A stretch of 64,000 nucleotides of DNA from an uncultured Actinomycetes bacterium (GCA_963704725.1 OY969934.1:64001-128000), one strand, 5' to 3'. Positions 9,694 through 20,497 are shown, counted from the first letter of the stretch. The notes: generated from the sequence alone by a model not told the origin. Program-made: numbers and translations.

Positions 9694-9697
<4 letters not shown>
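8510..9697 (-). CDS. MacB/FtsX-like ABC transporter permease
   Basis: RLRAALSALGIAIG, VGGVGIANVM, ERRQEIGLRRALGA, GLYPAWRAARL. Confidence 0.92.
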
Positions 9698-10409
<712 letters not shown>

Positions 10410-10413
<4 letters not shown>

Positions 10414-11477
10414 GAGGCGGTCACCACCTCGAGGCCCTCCGAGACGCCATCGCCGGTCACCTCGACGAACCCGTCAGCGAAGTCGCCGGTGTCGACGGCG
10501 ACGAGGTGCGTCGCACCGCCGCCGTCCACGACCTCGAGCGCGAACCCGCCCTCGGCCAGCGCGAGGAGCCCCTCGACCGGGACGGCCAGCACGCCCTGGG
10601 CCCGGGAGGTCTCGACGTCGACGTCCACGGGAGCTTCGTCGAGGTCGGTGTCGACGTCGCCCGCGAGGCGGATCGTCACCTCGACGGTCGGATCCGCCGT
10701 GGGATCGTCAGGGTTGGTCTCCGCGACGCGCGAGACGAACGACACGCGTCCGCCGATCCGCTGGCCGCTCGGCAGCTCGACCCGGACCCGATCCCCCTTG
10801 GCGACGAGGTCCTGATCGGTGGCATCGAGGTCGAGCGTCACGACGCGCTCGAGGGACGACGTCGTCGCGACCTGGACGGCGGCCGCCACGCCCTGGCCGA
10901 TCTCGAGCGTGTGCGACCCCATGCGGCGGGCGGTGGGGAAGAACGCCACGTCTCCGAGCTCGACCACACCGGTCCGGTCCAGCCCGAGATCCTCCTGCCA
11001 GTCGCGGACGGCCTCGGCCGTGTCCGAGTCGAACTCGCCCGTCACCTCGAGGTCGCCGCCATCGTCGAACCCCAACGCGAGCAGGTTGCGCTGGAGCTGT
11101 CGGACGTCGAGCCCTTCATCGCCGGACGACAGCGCCCGGTACGCCGGCATCTCGCCGATCATCAGCACCACCGGCCGGTCGTCCACCTCGTACAGGACGT
11201 CCCCCCGGCGGAGCTCGGCGCCCTCCTCGGCGATCCACGTGAGGGTTCCCGAGCGCCCGGCGGTCAGGGCTCGCTCGTCCGCGTACCCGAGCGACCCGTC
11301 GAACGTCTCGCGCTCGACGAGATCGCGCCGCTCCACCGCGGCGGTCGCGAGGTCGTTGGAGTCCTCGGCGGCCGCCGCCTGGCTCGAACCGTCGCCGGAG
11401 AAGGCGAACCACCCGACGGCGCCGGCGGCCATCACCGCCACCGCGCCGGCGGCCAGCCACCGCTTAGTTGCCGTCAT
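10410..11477 (-). CDS. periplasmic adaptor (MacA-like) with peptidoglycan-binding domain
   Basis: N-terminal anchor; biotinyl-lipoyl-like segment; PG_binding_1-like G.DVRQLQRNLLALG...F...TAEAVRDWQ. Confidence 0.85.
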
Positions 11478-12069
11478 CGCCGTTCACCACCCTCTGGCCG
11501 CCGCCGGGAAGGACGTCGTCGAGGATCGGGCGGCACGCCTCGTCGGCCACCTGGAAGTCCGAATCCTGCGGATCGATGCCGTCGCCGCCCTGCTGGATGA
11601 ATCCGCCGTTGCCCGAGAAGTCCGGGTCGGGCATGTCGATCCCGTGATCGCGCATGCACTGCGCGTACTCGACCATCGCGTCCTGGAAGGCGGCCTGGTC
11701 CTCAGGCGAGATCTGCCCCGGCCCCTCGCCCCGCGGCAGCAGCTCCTGGCACGCGTCCATCGCGTCCGCGATCTGCTCGCGGTCCGCGTCGCTGGGCGGC
11801 CCCCCGCCGCCGCCGCCGACGCCGATCGTGATCCCGCCGTCCTCGCCGATCGTCGGGTCGGGGAAGTCCTCGATCCCGTTGTCGCGCATGCACTGGGCGA
11901 AGTCGGCGAGCGCGTCCTCCGGGTCGACCGACGGGCTCGCGCTCGGCGAGCTCGAGGGGTCCTCGCCTCCCTGCAGCGTCGCCACGCCGTCGCCCTGCTC
12001 GCTCCCGCACGCGACGAGCGCGAGCGACAGTGCCGCGACGAGCGCGAGCGTCTTCCACACCTTCCTCAT
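11464..12069 (-). CDS. lipoprotein with two CMR..G..PDP...AC repeats
   Basis: lipobox LVAC; repeats FAQCMRDNGIEDFPDP and YAQCMRDHGIDMPDP; SD GAGGAGG. Confidence 0.85.
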   Translation of the reverse strand: MRKVWKTLALVAALSLALVACGSEQGDGVATLQGGEDPSSSPSASPSVDPEDALADFAQCMRDNGIEDFPDPTIGEDGGITIGVGGGGGGPPSDADREQIADAMDACQELLPRGEGPGQISPEDQAAFQDAMVEYAQCMRDHGIDMPDPDFSGNGGFIQQGGDGIDPQDSDFQVADEACRPILDDVLPGGGQRVVNGDDGN

Positions 12070-12102
12070 GCGGGCGTCCCTCCTCGTTCGGATTCCACCG
12101 GC

Positions 12103-12157
12103 AGTGAACCGGGCATGCGTGAGCGCTCGATGAAGCGGGGCTGAGAGGGGGCTGAGA
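12103..12157 (-). promoter_or_regulatory. MprA-type box array plus weak -10
   Basis: TCTCAG-N5-TCTCAG-N5-CTTCAT-N5-GCTCAC, 10 nt, TTCACT. Confidence 0.7.
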
Positions 12158-12167
12158 CGGGGCGCGG

Positions 12168-13499
12168 TCAGGGGGGAGGCGGGAGCTCCGTGCCCGAGGC
12201 GGGAAGCTCGACCCGGACGATCGCCCCACCGTCGTCGGCGTTCGTCGCGAAGACCCGGCCGCCGTGTGACTCGACGACCTGTCGCACGATCGCCAGCCCG
12301 AGCCCGGAGCCGGGCTTGGAGCGCGCCGCGGTGGATCGGTAGAACCGATCGAACACGTGCGGCAGGTCCTCGCGCGGGAACCCCGAGCCGTGGTCACGAA
12401 CGGTGAGCACGCCGTCGCGCACCGCGACCTCGATCACCCCGTCCGGTGGACTCCACTTCTCCGCGTTGTCGAGCAGGTTCCGCGCGGCTCGATCGATCCG
12501 GGAGGCGTCCCCGACCACCACACAGGGGTCCAGGTCGGAGACGACCCGCACGTCGCGGACGCGACGCTCGAACGCCCGCACCGCCCCCGCCACCACCCGG
12601 TCGAGCCGGACGTCCCCGAGCACGGCCGGTTGCGCGCCGTCGCGTGCGAGCTCGACGAGGTCGTTCACGGTCGTGGTCAGCTCCTCGAGCTGGTCCGTGA
12701 GATCACGGAGCAGCCGCTCGCGCTCGGCCGGCCCGAGCTCGGCGCCGCTGGCCAGCACGTCGATGTTCGTCCGGATGCTCGTGATCGGCGTGCGAAGCTC
12801 GTGCGACGCGTCGGCCACGAGCTGCTTCTGCGCGCCCACCGACGCCTCCAGCGCCGCCAGCATCCCGTTGAAGGTCGTGGCGAGGCGGCCGATCTCGTCG
12901 TCCCCGGCCGGCGGCGCGTCGATCCGGTGCGAGAGGTCGCCCGTCTCGGTGACCCGCTCCGCCGCCTCGGTCAGCCGCCGGACGGGACCGACCGCCGCAG
13001 CCGAGACCCCACCGCCCAGAGCGACCGCAAGGGCGACTCCCCCGCCGGCCACCACGAGGAGGATGAGCGCGAGCCGACGGAGGGACCGGTCGACGTCGGT
13101 GAGCGGAGCGGCAAGCGTGAGCGTGAATCCGCCGATGCCCTCCGTGTACACGCGGTAGTGAATCCCCGAGACGTCCTGGTCGTTCATCGTGGGGGGGCCG
13201 GGCGAGGCGGCCGGGAACTCCGGCCCGCCGCCGACGCGGATCACGGCACCCCGCGGCGTCTCCACCTGCATGTAGAAGACGCGGTCGCCGGCGAGCGGCG
13301 CCGGCACCGAGACCGATCCGCCGACCACCTGCGGCAGCGGCGCGCGTTGGTGGATGAGGTCCGCTCGCGCCCGGAGCTCGTCATCGACCTCGCCCCGGAG
13401 CTGCGCCCGGACGACGAACCACGATGCGAGGGAGGCCAGCACGACCGCGACGGCGACGGCCGCGGCGGCCGACACCGTGAGCCGGCGGCGGAAGGTCAC
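12168..13499 (-). CDS. mprB: sensor histidine kinase, MprB-like
   Basis: 2 [40 protein letters not shown]; coupled to the mprA-like gene. Confidence 0.85.
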   Translation of the reverse strand: MTFRRRLTVSAAAAVAVAVVLASLASWFVVRAQLRGEVDDELRARADLIHQRAPLPQVVGGSVSVPAPLAGDRVFYMQVETPRGAVIRVGGGPEFPAASPGPPTMNDQDVSGIHYRVYTEGIGGFTLTLAAPLTDVDRSLRRLALILLVVAGGGVALAVALGGGVSAAAVGPVRRLTEAAERVTETGDLSHRIDAPPAGDDEIGRLATTFNGMLAALEASVGAQKQLVADASHELRTPITSIRTNIDVLASGAELGPAERERLLRDLTDQLEELTTTVNDLVELARDGAQPAVLGDVRLDRVVAGAVRAFERRVRDVRVVSDLDPCVVVGDASRIDRAARNLLDNAEKWSPPDGVIEVAVRDGVLTVRDHGSGFPREDLPHVFDRFYRSTAARSKPGSGLGLAIVRQVVESHGGRVFATNADDGGAIVRVELPASGTELPPPP

Positions 13500-14176
13500 G
13501 GCGCCTCCTTCATCACGTAGCCGACCCCCCGGACGGTGTGGATCAGGCGCGGCTCTCCGTTCGCCTCCGTCTTGCGCCGCAGGTACCCCACGTACACCTC
13601 GAGCGCGTTCGACGTCGGCCCGAAGTCGTAGCCCCACACGCGATCGAAGATCACCTCTCGCGTGAGCACCCGGCGCGGGTTGAGGAGGAAGAGCTCCAGG
13701 AGCAGGTACTCGGTCCTCGTGAGGTCGATCGCCCGGTCGTCGCGACGGACCTCGTGGGTCACCGGATCCAGCGTGAGCCCGGCGAACACGAGCGGCTTCT
13801 CGTCGGCGTTGGGCACCGTGCGCCGGAGCAGGGCGCGGATCCTCGCCAGCAGCTCCTCCAGGGCGAACGGCTTGACCAGGTAGTCGTCGGCCCCGGCGTC
13901 GAGGCCCTCCACGCGGTCGCCGACCGCGTCGCGGGCGGTGAGCATGAGCACCGGCGTCCGATCGCCCGAGGCGCGGAGCTCACGGCAGGCCCCGAGACCG
14001 TCGAGCCGCGGCATCAAGATGTCGAGCACGACGACGTCGGGCGCGTCGGCCGCCATGCGTTCGAGCCCGTCGCGCCCGTCGACCGCGGTCGTCACGCCGT
14101 ACCCGTTGGAGCGGAGCGCGCGCTCGAGCGCATCGCGCACGGCCGGCTCGTCGTCGACGACCAGCACCTTCATCAC
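13496..14176 (-). CDS. mprA: OmpR-family response regulator, MprA-like
   Basis: receiver domain plus [30 protein letters not shown], characteristic of MprA. Confidence 0.88.
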   Translation of the reverse strand: MMKVLVVDDEPAVRDALERALRSNGYGVTTAVDGRDGLERMAADAPDVVVLDILMPRLDGLGACRELRASGDRTPVLMLTARDAVGDRVEGLDAGADDYLVKPFALEELLARIRALLRRTVPNADEKPLVFAGLTLDPVTHEVRRDDRAIDLTRTEYLLLELFLLNPRRVLTREVIFDRVWGYDFGPTSNALEVYVGYLRRKTEANGEPRLIHTVRGVGYVMKEAP

Positions 14177-14182
14177 GGCTCC

Positions 14183-14215
14183 AGTGTGCCCGAACGCGCT
14201 GAGAGCGGAATGAGA
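14183..14215 (-). promoter_or_regulatory. MprA box autoregulatory promoter (leaderless)
   Basis: TCTCAT-N5-TCTCAG, 10 nt, CACACT, 6 nt, GTG start. Confidence 0.7.
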
Positions 14216-14226
14216 GCGGACACGGA

Positions 14227-14258
14227 GCGATCCCCGGCCGCGGGTCGCCGGGGATCGC
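14227..14258 (-). terminator. 12-bp GC-rich hairpin after 14290..15126
   Basis: GCGATCCCCGGC-N8-GCCGGGGATCGC. Confidence 0.5.
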
Positions 14259-14289
14259 GTTCGGAGCGCCCTGGGGGAGAGGGAGGCAG

Positions 14290-15126
14290 CTACAGGGACG
14301 ACTCCGCCGTGTCGGTGGTCGAGCGGTCGAAGTGCCCGCCGAACATCCCGCGGCCCGGACCGCCCGGCATGGGGGGGAAGGGGAACGGCGCGAGATCTCC
14401 GTTCACGATCGCGCCCGCCTGGTCGTGGAGGTCCGCCGCGCGCTCGTCGGCCTCGTCGCTAGTGATCCACCCGTTCCGGGTGGCCGCGTCGAGCCGGTCC
14501 TGGAGCGCGCCGACGATCGCGTCGACCACGTCCGACACCGCGACCCCGTGGTCCTCGGCGACCTCGGCCACCGTCGCGCCGCTCGCGACCTCCGACAGGA
14601 GCTCGGCCGGCCTGATGCCGATCGCGTCGGCGGCCGCGGCGAGGGGCCCGTCGGCGAACCCCCACAGGCCGGGATGACCGACGATCGGCATCCGGACGTC
14701 GGGCATCGGGAGGTCGCCGTTCACGAGATCGGTCACGCGCTGCTCGAGATCGGCCGCGCGCTCGTCCGCCTCCTGTTGGCTGAGCACGCCGTCCTGCACG
14801 AGCCGGTCCAGCCGGGCGCGCTCGTCCGCCACGATCGCGTCGACCACGTCGGCGGGATCGATGCCGTGCGCCTCCGCCACGTCGGCGATCGTGCGACCGT
14901 CGCGGAGGGCCGAAACGAGGGTGGCCGGCTCGACGCCGATGGCGTCCGCGGCGGCCGCGAGCGGCCCGTCCCCGAGGAAGCGGTCGCAGATGGCCGTCAC
15001 CGGCCCGTCGCCAGCCGGGGATGCGGCCAGCCCGAGCCCCGGGGTGAAGACGACGGCGCCGACGACCATGCCCACGGTCACCGAGCCCGCCACCATCCCC
15101 GCCATCACCAGCTTCCGACCGGCCAT
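14290..15126 (-). CDS. secreted/anchored helical protein with two ~90-aa internal repeats
   Basis: signal-like N-terminus; [11 protein letters not shown]...DVVDAIV...EADERAADL...VNGDL twice; SD AAGGAG. Confidence 0.8.
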   Translation of the reverse strand: MAGRKLVMAGMVAGSVTVGMVVGAVVFTPGLGLAASPAGDGPVTAICDRFLGDGPLAAAADAIGVEPATLVSALRDGRTIADVAEAHGIDPADVVDAIVADERARLDRLVQDGVLSQQEADERAADLEQRVTDLVNGDLPMPDVRMPIVGHPGLWGFADGPLAAAADAIGIRPAELLSEVASGATVAEVAEDHGVAVSDVVDAIVGALQDRLDAATRNGWITSDEADERAADLHDQAGAIVNGDLAPFPFPPMPGGPGRGMFGGHFDRSTTDTAESSL

Positions 15127-15166
15127 CGAGGGCTCCTTCCTCCGGTGGATCGATCCGTTCACACCC

Positions 15167-15283
15167 AGGGTCCCCCCGACGTGTGAGGAGAGCCTGAGAG
15201 GGGGGTGAAGGTTCGCTGACCGCCTCACTCACAGCGGACGCCCAGGGTCCTCCTCGTGCGCTCCCAGCTCCGGGTGGTGCCAT
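15167..15283. promoter_or_regulatory. divergent pair of MprA-type box arrays
   Basis: minus strand hexamers at 15216/15205/15194/15183, then 10 nt and GACCCT; plus strand TCACAG/GCCCAG/TCCTCG/TCCCAG at 15229/15240/15251/15262, then 10 nt and TGCCAT. Confidence 0.55.
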
Positions 15284-15320
15284 CGGTCGAGAGACGGAGC
15301 CGACGACGGAGGACCACGAG

Positions 15321-15665
15321 ATGAACGACCGATCGACGAGCATGCCCGGTGGGGCGACCGCCCTCCGGCTGCCCCCGCCCCCGAGGCCCGCGAACCCCGC
15401 ACCACGGCGGCGACCCCGGCGGCGACACCCCGCGGCGCGCTCGAGGCTCGTCACCGGCGCGATCAGCGCTCTGGCGTTCCTCGGACTCGGCGGCGCCATG
15501 GCCGCGAACGCCGTCCCGAGCGGGACCACGAGTCAGGAGCGGGCCGGCGGAGCGGACGCCGCGACCGGCGAAACCACGGTCTCGTCCCAGGATCTGCTGA
15601 CGGGAGCTCAGCCCGCGGCTCCCGTCTTCGGCCAGACACCGACGAGCACCAGCGGTGGCAGCTGA
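15321..15665 (+). CDS. small membrane-anchored protein ending TSTSGGS (candidate ApbE substrate)
   Basis: SD GGAGG; Arg-rich stretch, one TM, Ser/Thr-rich tail; overlaps apbE start. Confidence 0.75.
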   Translation: MNDRSTSMPGGATALRLPPPPRPANPAPRRRPRRRHPAARSRLVTGAISALAFLGLGGAMAANAVPSGTTSQERAGGADAATGETTVSSQDLLTGAQPAAPVFGQTPTSTSGGS

Positions 15666-16581
15666 GCGCCGCTTCCGCGCGATGGGCACCGACGTCCACG
15701 TCGTGGTCGTGGGCGGCGCTGCGTCGCTCGGGGATCGGGCGGTCGGGCACATCGAGCGACTGGAGGAGCTGTGGAGCCGGTTCCGCCCCACCAGCGAGGT
15801 GAGCCGTCTGAACGCGATGGCCGGCCGGCCGGTGACCGTCTCGAGCGAGACCCTGACCCTGGTGATGCGAGCGCTCGAGGGCGCCCGCATCACGGCCGGC
15901 CGGTTCGACCCCACGGTCCTGGGGGCGGTCATCCGCGCCGGCTACGACCGCTCCTTCGAGCTGCTGGACGACGCCTCGCCGCCCGGCACCTCGCTCCTCG
16001 AGCTGGGGTGGGAGGCGATCCTCGTCGACGAGCGCGCCTCGACCGTCACGGTGCCACGGGGAGTCGGCTTCGACCCCGGGGGCATCGGCAAGGGCTACGC
16101 CGCCGACCTCGTCGTCGACGAGCTGCTCGCGGAGGGCGCGGCCGGCGCCTGCGTGAACGTCGGTGGTGACCTGCGGGCGGAGGGCGCCACCGAGGACGGG
16201 GAACCCTGGGCGTTCGCCATCGATCCCGAGCGCTCCGGGAACGAGATCGCCCTCGTGGGGATGTACGGGGGCGCGGTGGCGACGAGCACCCGGACCCGCC
16301 GGACGCTCGGCCCGGCCGCCGAGGGGCGGCACCACCTGATCGACCCGTCGACCGGAGATCCCGCGGCCGCGGGCGTCCGGTCCGCCAGCGTGGTTGCGGG
16401 TCGGGGGTGGCAGGCGGAGGTCGCCGCGAAGGCCGCGTTCGTGTCCGGCGTCAAGGACGGGACGGCGCTCCTGCACGCCTTCGGCCTGGACGGGGTGCTC
16501 GTGGACGACGACGGACGCCTGCACCCGACACCCGGCCTCGCCCGGTTCACCGGACCGCGGACCGTGGGAGCAACGCCGTGA
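15655..16581 (+). CDS. apbE: FAD:protein FMN transferase
   Basis: FRAMGT, WSRFRPTSEVSRLN, FDPTV, DPGGIGKGYAAD, GGDLR, VATS, HHLIDP. Confidence 0.93.
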   Translation: MAAERRFRAMGTDVHVVVVGGAASLGDRAVGHIERLEELWSRFRPTSEVSRLNAMAGRPVTVSSETLTLVMRALEGARITAGRFDPTVLGAVIRAGYDRSFELLDDASPPGTSLLELGWEAILVDERASTVTVPRGVGFDPGGIGKGYAADLVVDELLAEGAAGACVNVGGDLRAEGATEDGEPWAFAIDPERSGNEIALVGMYGGAVATSTRTRRTLGPAAEGRHHLIDPSTGDPAAAGVRSASVVAGRGWQAEVAAKAAFVSGVKDGTALLHAFGLDGVLVDDDGRLHPTPGLARFTGPRTVGATP

Positions 16582-17147
16582 GCGGGCAGCTGCTCTGGTA
16601 CTCGGCCCGGGCGAGCGGCATCGTCGCCTGGTCGCTCGCCGCCGGCTCGGTGCTGTGGGGGCTCGTCCTGTCGACCGACGTGATGCGCCGCCGGTCCCGT
16701 CCCGGGTGGGTGCTCGACCTCCACCGGTTCCTGGGCGGTGCGGCCATGTCGTTCACCGGCCTGCACGTCCTGTCGGTCCTGCTCGACGGGTACGTCCACT
16801 TCGGTCTGGTGAACGTGCTCGTCCCGTTCACGGGCTCCTGGCACCCGGTCGCCGTGGCCTGGGGCATCGTGGGCTTCTACGCCCTGCTCGCGGTGGAGCT
16901 CACCTCGCTCGCCCGGCGTCACGTGCCGCACCGCCTGTGGCGGCGGGTCCACTTCGGCGGCTTCGCGGTGTTCGCCGCGACGACGGCCCACGCGCTCACG
17001 GTCGGCACCGACCGGGGGGTGCACGCCTACGTCCTGGTCGTGCTGGCGGTCACGACGGTGGCGGCCGCCATGACCGCGGCCCGCGTGGCGCGACGGCGGT
17101 CTCGCCGCCGGGTCCCGGCCGCGGTGCTCGGCACGCGTCCGGTCTAG
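16578..17147 (+). CDS. ferric-reductase-like (MsrQ-type) di-heme membrane cytochrome b
   Basis: WYSARASG; four TM His (DLHRF, GLHVL, WRRVHF, TAHAL); no FAD/NAD domain; GTGA overlap. Confidence 0.85.
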   Translation: MSGQLLWYSARASGIVAWSLAAGSVLWGLVLSTDVMRRRSRPGWVLDLHRFLGGAAMSFTGLHVLSVLLDGYVHFGLVNVLVPFTGSWHPVAVAWGIVGFYALLAVELTSLARRHVPHRLWRRVHFGGFAVFAATTAHALTVGTDRGVHAYVLVVLAVTTVAAAMTAARVARRRSRRRVPAAVLGTRPV

Positions 17148-17181
17148 CATTCGCGACGACCGCCACACGAAGGAGCCTCCC

Positions 17182-17754
17182 ATGGCCGAGTTCCATGTCC
17201 TGTCCGACGGTTACCTCTCCGACCACGACGACCGCGTGGGCTCGACGGTGAGCTTCGTCCGCGACGGCGAAGCGCTCGTGGTCGTCGATCCGGGCCTGGT
17301 GGCCTCGCGTCGCTCGATCCTCGATCCGCTCGCCGCCCTCGGGGTGGCGCCCGAGGCGATCACCGACGTCGTGATCTCCCACCACCATCCCGACCACACG
17401 CTGAACGTCGCGCTGTTCCCGAACGCGCGTCTGCACGACCACTGGGCGTGGTATCGCGACGATCTGTGGACGTCGCGACCGGCCGAGGGGTTCGAGATCT
17501 CCGGCGGCGTCCGGCTGATCGAGACGCCCGGCCACACCCCGCAGGACATCTCGACGCTCGTCGACACGGACGAGGGCCTCGTCGTCGCGACGCACCTGTG
17601 GTGGACGGCGACCGGCCCGGAGGAGGACCCCTACGCGCCCGACCCGGCTCTGGTCCACGAGAACCGGGCCCGGGTGCTCGCGCTCCCCGGCCTCGTCCGC
17701 ATCGTGCCGGGACACGGGCCGAGCTTCGTCCCCTCCGGGGACACGCCGGGCTGA
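17182..17754 (+). CDS. MBL-fold metallo-hydrolase
   Basis: VDPG, SHHHPDH, TPGHT, IVPGHG. Confidence 0.9.
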   Translation: MAEFHVLSDGYLSDHDDRVGSTVSFVRDGEALVVVDPGLVASRRSILDPLAALGVAPEAITDVVISHHHPDHTLNVALFPNARLHDHWAWYRDDLWTSRPAEGFEISGGVRLIETPGHTPQDISTLVDTDEGLVVATHLWWTATGPEEDPYAPDPALVHENRARVLALPGLVRIVPGHGPSFVPSGDTPG

Positions 17755-17757
17755 CGG

Positions 17758-18441
17758 CTACGAACCGGGTGCCCTGAGCGACGCGAGCGGGGGCCGTGCT
17801 CCCGCCGGCGCCGCGAGCCACCGCTCGAACGCCGACCGCACCGCCGGCCATTCGCGATCGAGCATCGAGAACCACGCCGTGTCGCGGTTGCGCCCCTTCA
17901 CGATCATGTGCTGGCGGAACACGCCCTCGAACGTGAACCCCAGGCGGAGCGCCGCGGCGCGGGAGCGCGCGTTCAGCGCATCGCACTTCCACTCGACCCG
18001 CCGGTACCCGAGCGCATCGAAAGCCTCGGCGAGCATCAGGGCGACCGCCTCCGTGTTCGCCTCCGTCCGCTGCGCCACCGGCGCGTGCCAGATGTGACCG
18101 AGCTCTATCCGGCGCATCGCCGTGTCCACGTTCAGGTAGCTCGTCATGCCGACGGGGCCGCGGCCGCTGCAGACGGCGTAGAACCGCGGATCCTCCGAGG
18201 GCGCGATCGACGCGATCCACGCGCGCATCTCCTCGGCTCGGGCGAACGGTCCGTACGGCATGTACGTCCACAGCCGCGCCGCCTCGTCGCTTCCGTCGTG
18301 GGCGGCCCGCCACAGCGCGTCGCCATGCGCCTTCGCGTCGATGGGCTCGAGTCGCACGTAACGGCCCCGGAGCGTTCCCGGGCCCGGCCGGCGCGCCCGG
18401 CCTTCCTCGACGCGCTCTCCGACCTGCGGTTCCGTTCCCAT
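17758..18441 (-). CDS. GNAT (RimJ/RimL-like) N-acetyltransferase
   Basis: LWTYMPYGPF, IELGHIW, GYRRVEWKCDALN..SR.AALRLGF.FEG.FRQHMIVKGRNRDTAWFS. Confidence 0.9.
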   Translation of the reverse strand: MGTEPQVGERVEEGRARRPGPGTLRGRYVRLEPIDAKAHGDALWRAAHDGSDEAARLWTYMPYGPFARAEEMRAWIASIAPSEDPRFYAVCSGRGPVGMTSYLNVDTAMRRIELGHIWHAPVAQRTEANTEAVALMLAEAFDALGYRRVEWKCDALNARSRAAALRLGFTFEGVFRQHMIVKGRNRDTAWFSMLDREWPAVRSAFERWLAAPAGARPPLASLRAPGS

Positions 18442-18524
18442 CCCGGCGAAGCATGCCACGGGGTTCCGGGTGCGCCGTCGTGGGTACCGCTTCAATCGTC
18501 GGCGGCACGAGGGAAGGAGACGCC

Positions 18525-18932
18525 ATGAGCGCGACCGACACGATGAAGTGGATGGGCAAGAGCGCCAGGAACCGGGCGAGCGCCGTGGGGCACTCGATGA
18601 AGGATCGGGCGCTGGAGAAGCGGCTGGAGCACCTGTCCGAGGAGGCCCACCGGCTGCGGTTGGAGAACGACGTGCTCCGCGACGAGGTCTCCGAGACGCG
18701 GCAGGAGCACCATCGCATCCTCGATGCGCTGGAGACACGCCTGTCGGAGCCGGAGGTCGAGGCGGGGGTCGAGAAGCGGAGGCACCGCGGGCGCTGGCTC
18801 CTGTTCGTGATGGCGCTCGGCGGCGGGGCCTTCGCGTGGATCCGGGCCCGCACCACGGGCGACGGGCAGGGCGAGTGGATGGGACGGGCGGACGTGCCGA
18901 CGGTCACGGAGACCGGAACGCCCACCATGTGA
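18525..18932 (+). CDS. hypothetical coiled-coil protein with C-terminal TM
   Basis: SD GAAGGAG; heptad-like segment then hydrophobic helix. Confidence 0.7.
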   Translation: MSATDTMKWMGKSARNRASAVGHSMKDRALEKRLEHLSEEAHRLRLENDVLRDEVSETRQEHHRILDALETRLSEPEVEAGVEKRRHRGRWLLFVMALGGGAFAWIRARTTGDGQGEWMGRADVPTVTETGTPTM

Positions 18933-18975
18933 CGGGCGCCTCGGCGGTTCCCGGCCTGGCGGCTATCCTCGCCGC

Positions 18976-19833
18976 ATGGCCCTGCTGGAGGTGCACGAGC
19001 CCGACGAGCCCCTGGTGGCCCCGGCCATCGTGGCCGCCTTCGACGGGTGGATCGACGCGGGCGGCGCCTCGACGGCCGCCGCCCAGCTCCTGAGCCGGGA
19101 CGCCGGACCGCTCGTCACCTTCGCCTGCGACCTGCTGTACGACTACCGTTCGCGCCGCCCCGTCCTGGACGTGGTCGACGGCACGCTGACGCAGCTCAGC
19201 TGGCCCGAGATCTCGATCAAGCGCTCCCGGATCGGGGCTCGCGACGTGCTCGTGCTGACCGGCGCCGAGCCGGACTTCCGCTGGCGCGAGCTCGGAGGCG
19301 ACCTCCTCGAGGCGTCGGTGCGCCTCGGCGTGGTCGAGTGGATCAGCCTGGGCGCGATCCCCGCGGCGGTGCCGCACACCCGGCCCGTTCCGATCCTGGC
19401 CACCGCCTCCGGGCCCGGCCTCCTCCATGCCGACGAGCAGGTCGGCCCCCAGGGACTCCTCCGAGTGCCCGCCGCGGCCATCTCCACGCTGGAGCACACG
19501 GTGGCCGGCAGCGGGATCCCGGCCGTCGGGTTCTTCGCGCAGGTCCCCCACTACGTCGGCGGCAACTACACGGGGGCCACGATCGCCATCCTCGAGCACA
19601 CCGCCCGCCATCTCGGCGTGGAGGTCCCGCTCGGCGACCTCCCCGACGAGGCGATGGCGCAGCGCGAGCGTCTCGACGCGGTCGTGGCGGCCGACGAGGA
19701 CTCGCGGACCTACGTGGCGCGGCTTGAGACCGCCGTCGACACGCAGCAGGTTCCCACCGGCGACGAGCTCGTGAGCGAGATCGAGCGGTTCCTGCAGCAG
19801 CGCGAGGGCGGCGGCCAGGCGCCGATGGCCTGA
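18976..19833 (+). CDS. PAC2 family protein (proteasome assembly chaperone-like)
   Basis: AFDGWIDAG, DYRSRRP, GAEPDFRW, VPHTRP, AQVPHY. Confidence 0.9.
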   Translation: MALLEVHEPDEPLVAPAIVAAFDGWIDAGGASTAAAQLLSRDAGPLVTFACDLLYDYRSRRPVLDVVDGTLTQLSWPEISIKRSRIGARDVLVLTGAEPDFRWRELGGDLLEASVRLGVVEWISLGAIPAAVPHTRPVPILATASGPGLLHADEQVGPQGLLRVPAAAISTLEHTVAGSGIPAVGFFAQVPHYVGGNYTGATIAILEHTARHLGVEVPLGDLPDEAMAQRERLDAVVAADEDSRTYVARLETAVDTQQVPTGDELVSEIERFLQQREGGGQAPMA

Positions 19834-19834
19834 C

Positions 19835-20497
19835 ATGGCCTCGCCACCACCGTCGGACCGGACCCGGGTCCGGCGCCACCCCGAGCGCGGCGCCTACGAC
19901 CGCGAGACGATCGACCAGGTCCTGGACGAGGCCCTGATCTGTCACCTGGCGTGGGTGGGACCCGACGGGGGTCCACGCGTGATCCCCACGATCCACGTCC
20001 GGGTCGGCGATCTCGTCTACGTCCACGGCTCCGAGGCCTCCCGCACGCTCCGGGCGCTCCGCACCGGCATCGAGTGCTGCCTCGAGGCCACGGTGATCGA
20101 CGGCATCGTGCTCGCGCGCTCGACGCCGCTGCACTCGCTGAACTACCGCTCCGTCGTCGTGTACGGGGTGGCGCGCGAGGTGACCGACCCGGACGAGATG
20201 GACCTCGCGCAGCGCGCGCTCGTCGAGCACGTCGTCCCCGGCCGGACCGCGGAGGTCCGGATGCCGAACGACAAGGAGCTGAAGGAGACCTCGATCCTGG
20301 CGATCACGCTCGACGAGGCCTCCGCCAAGGTCCGCACGGGCGACCCCAAGGACCCCGAGGAGGACCTCGACGCGCCGGTGTGGGCGGGGGTCCTGCCGCT
20401 CCGCCTTGCGACGGGGGACCCGGAGCCGGCGGCCACCCTCCGACCGGGGATCGCACCGCCCGCCTACCTCACGGGCTACCTGCGGTCTCGCCGCTGA
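19835..20497 (+). CDS. pyridoxamine 5'-phosphate oxidase-like flavin-binding protein
   Basis: RHPERGAYDR, VYVHGS, HSLNYRSVVVYG, SAKVRTG, WAGVLP. Confidence 0.9.
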   Translation: MASPPPSDRTRVRRHPERGAYDRETIDQVLDEALICHLAWVGPDGGPRVIPTIHVRVGDLVYVHGSEASRTLRALRTGIECCLEATVIDGIVLARSTPLHSLNYRSVVVYGVAREVTDPDEMDLAQRALVEHVVPGRTAEVRMPNDKELKETSILAITLDEASAKVRTGDPKDPEEDLDAPVWAGVLPLRLATGDPEPAATLRPGIAPPAYLTGYLRSRR

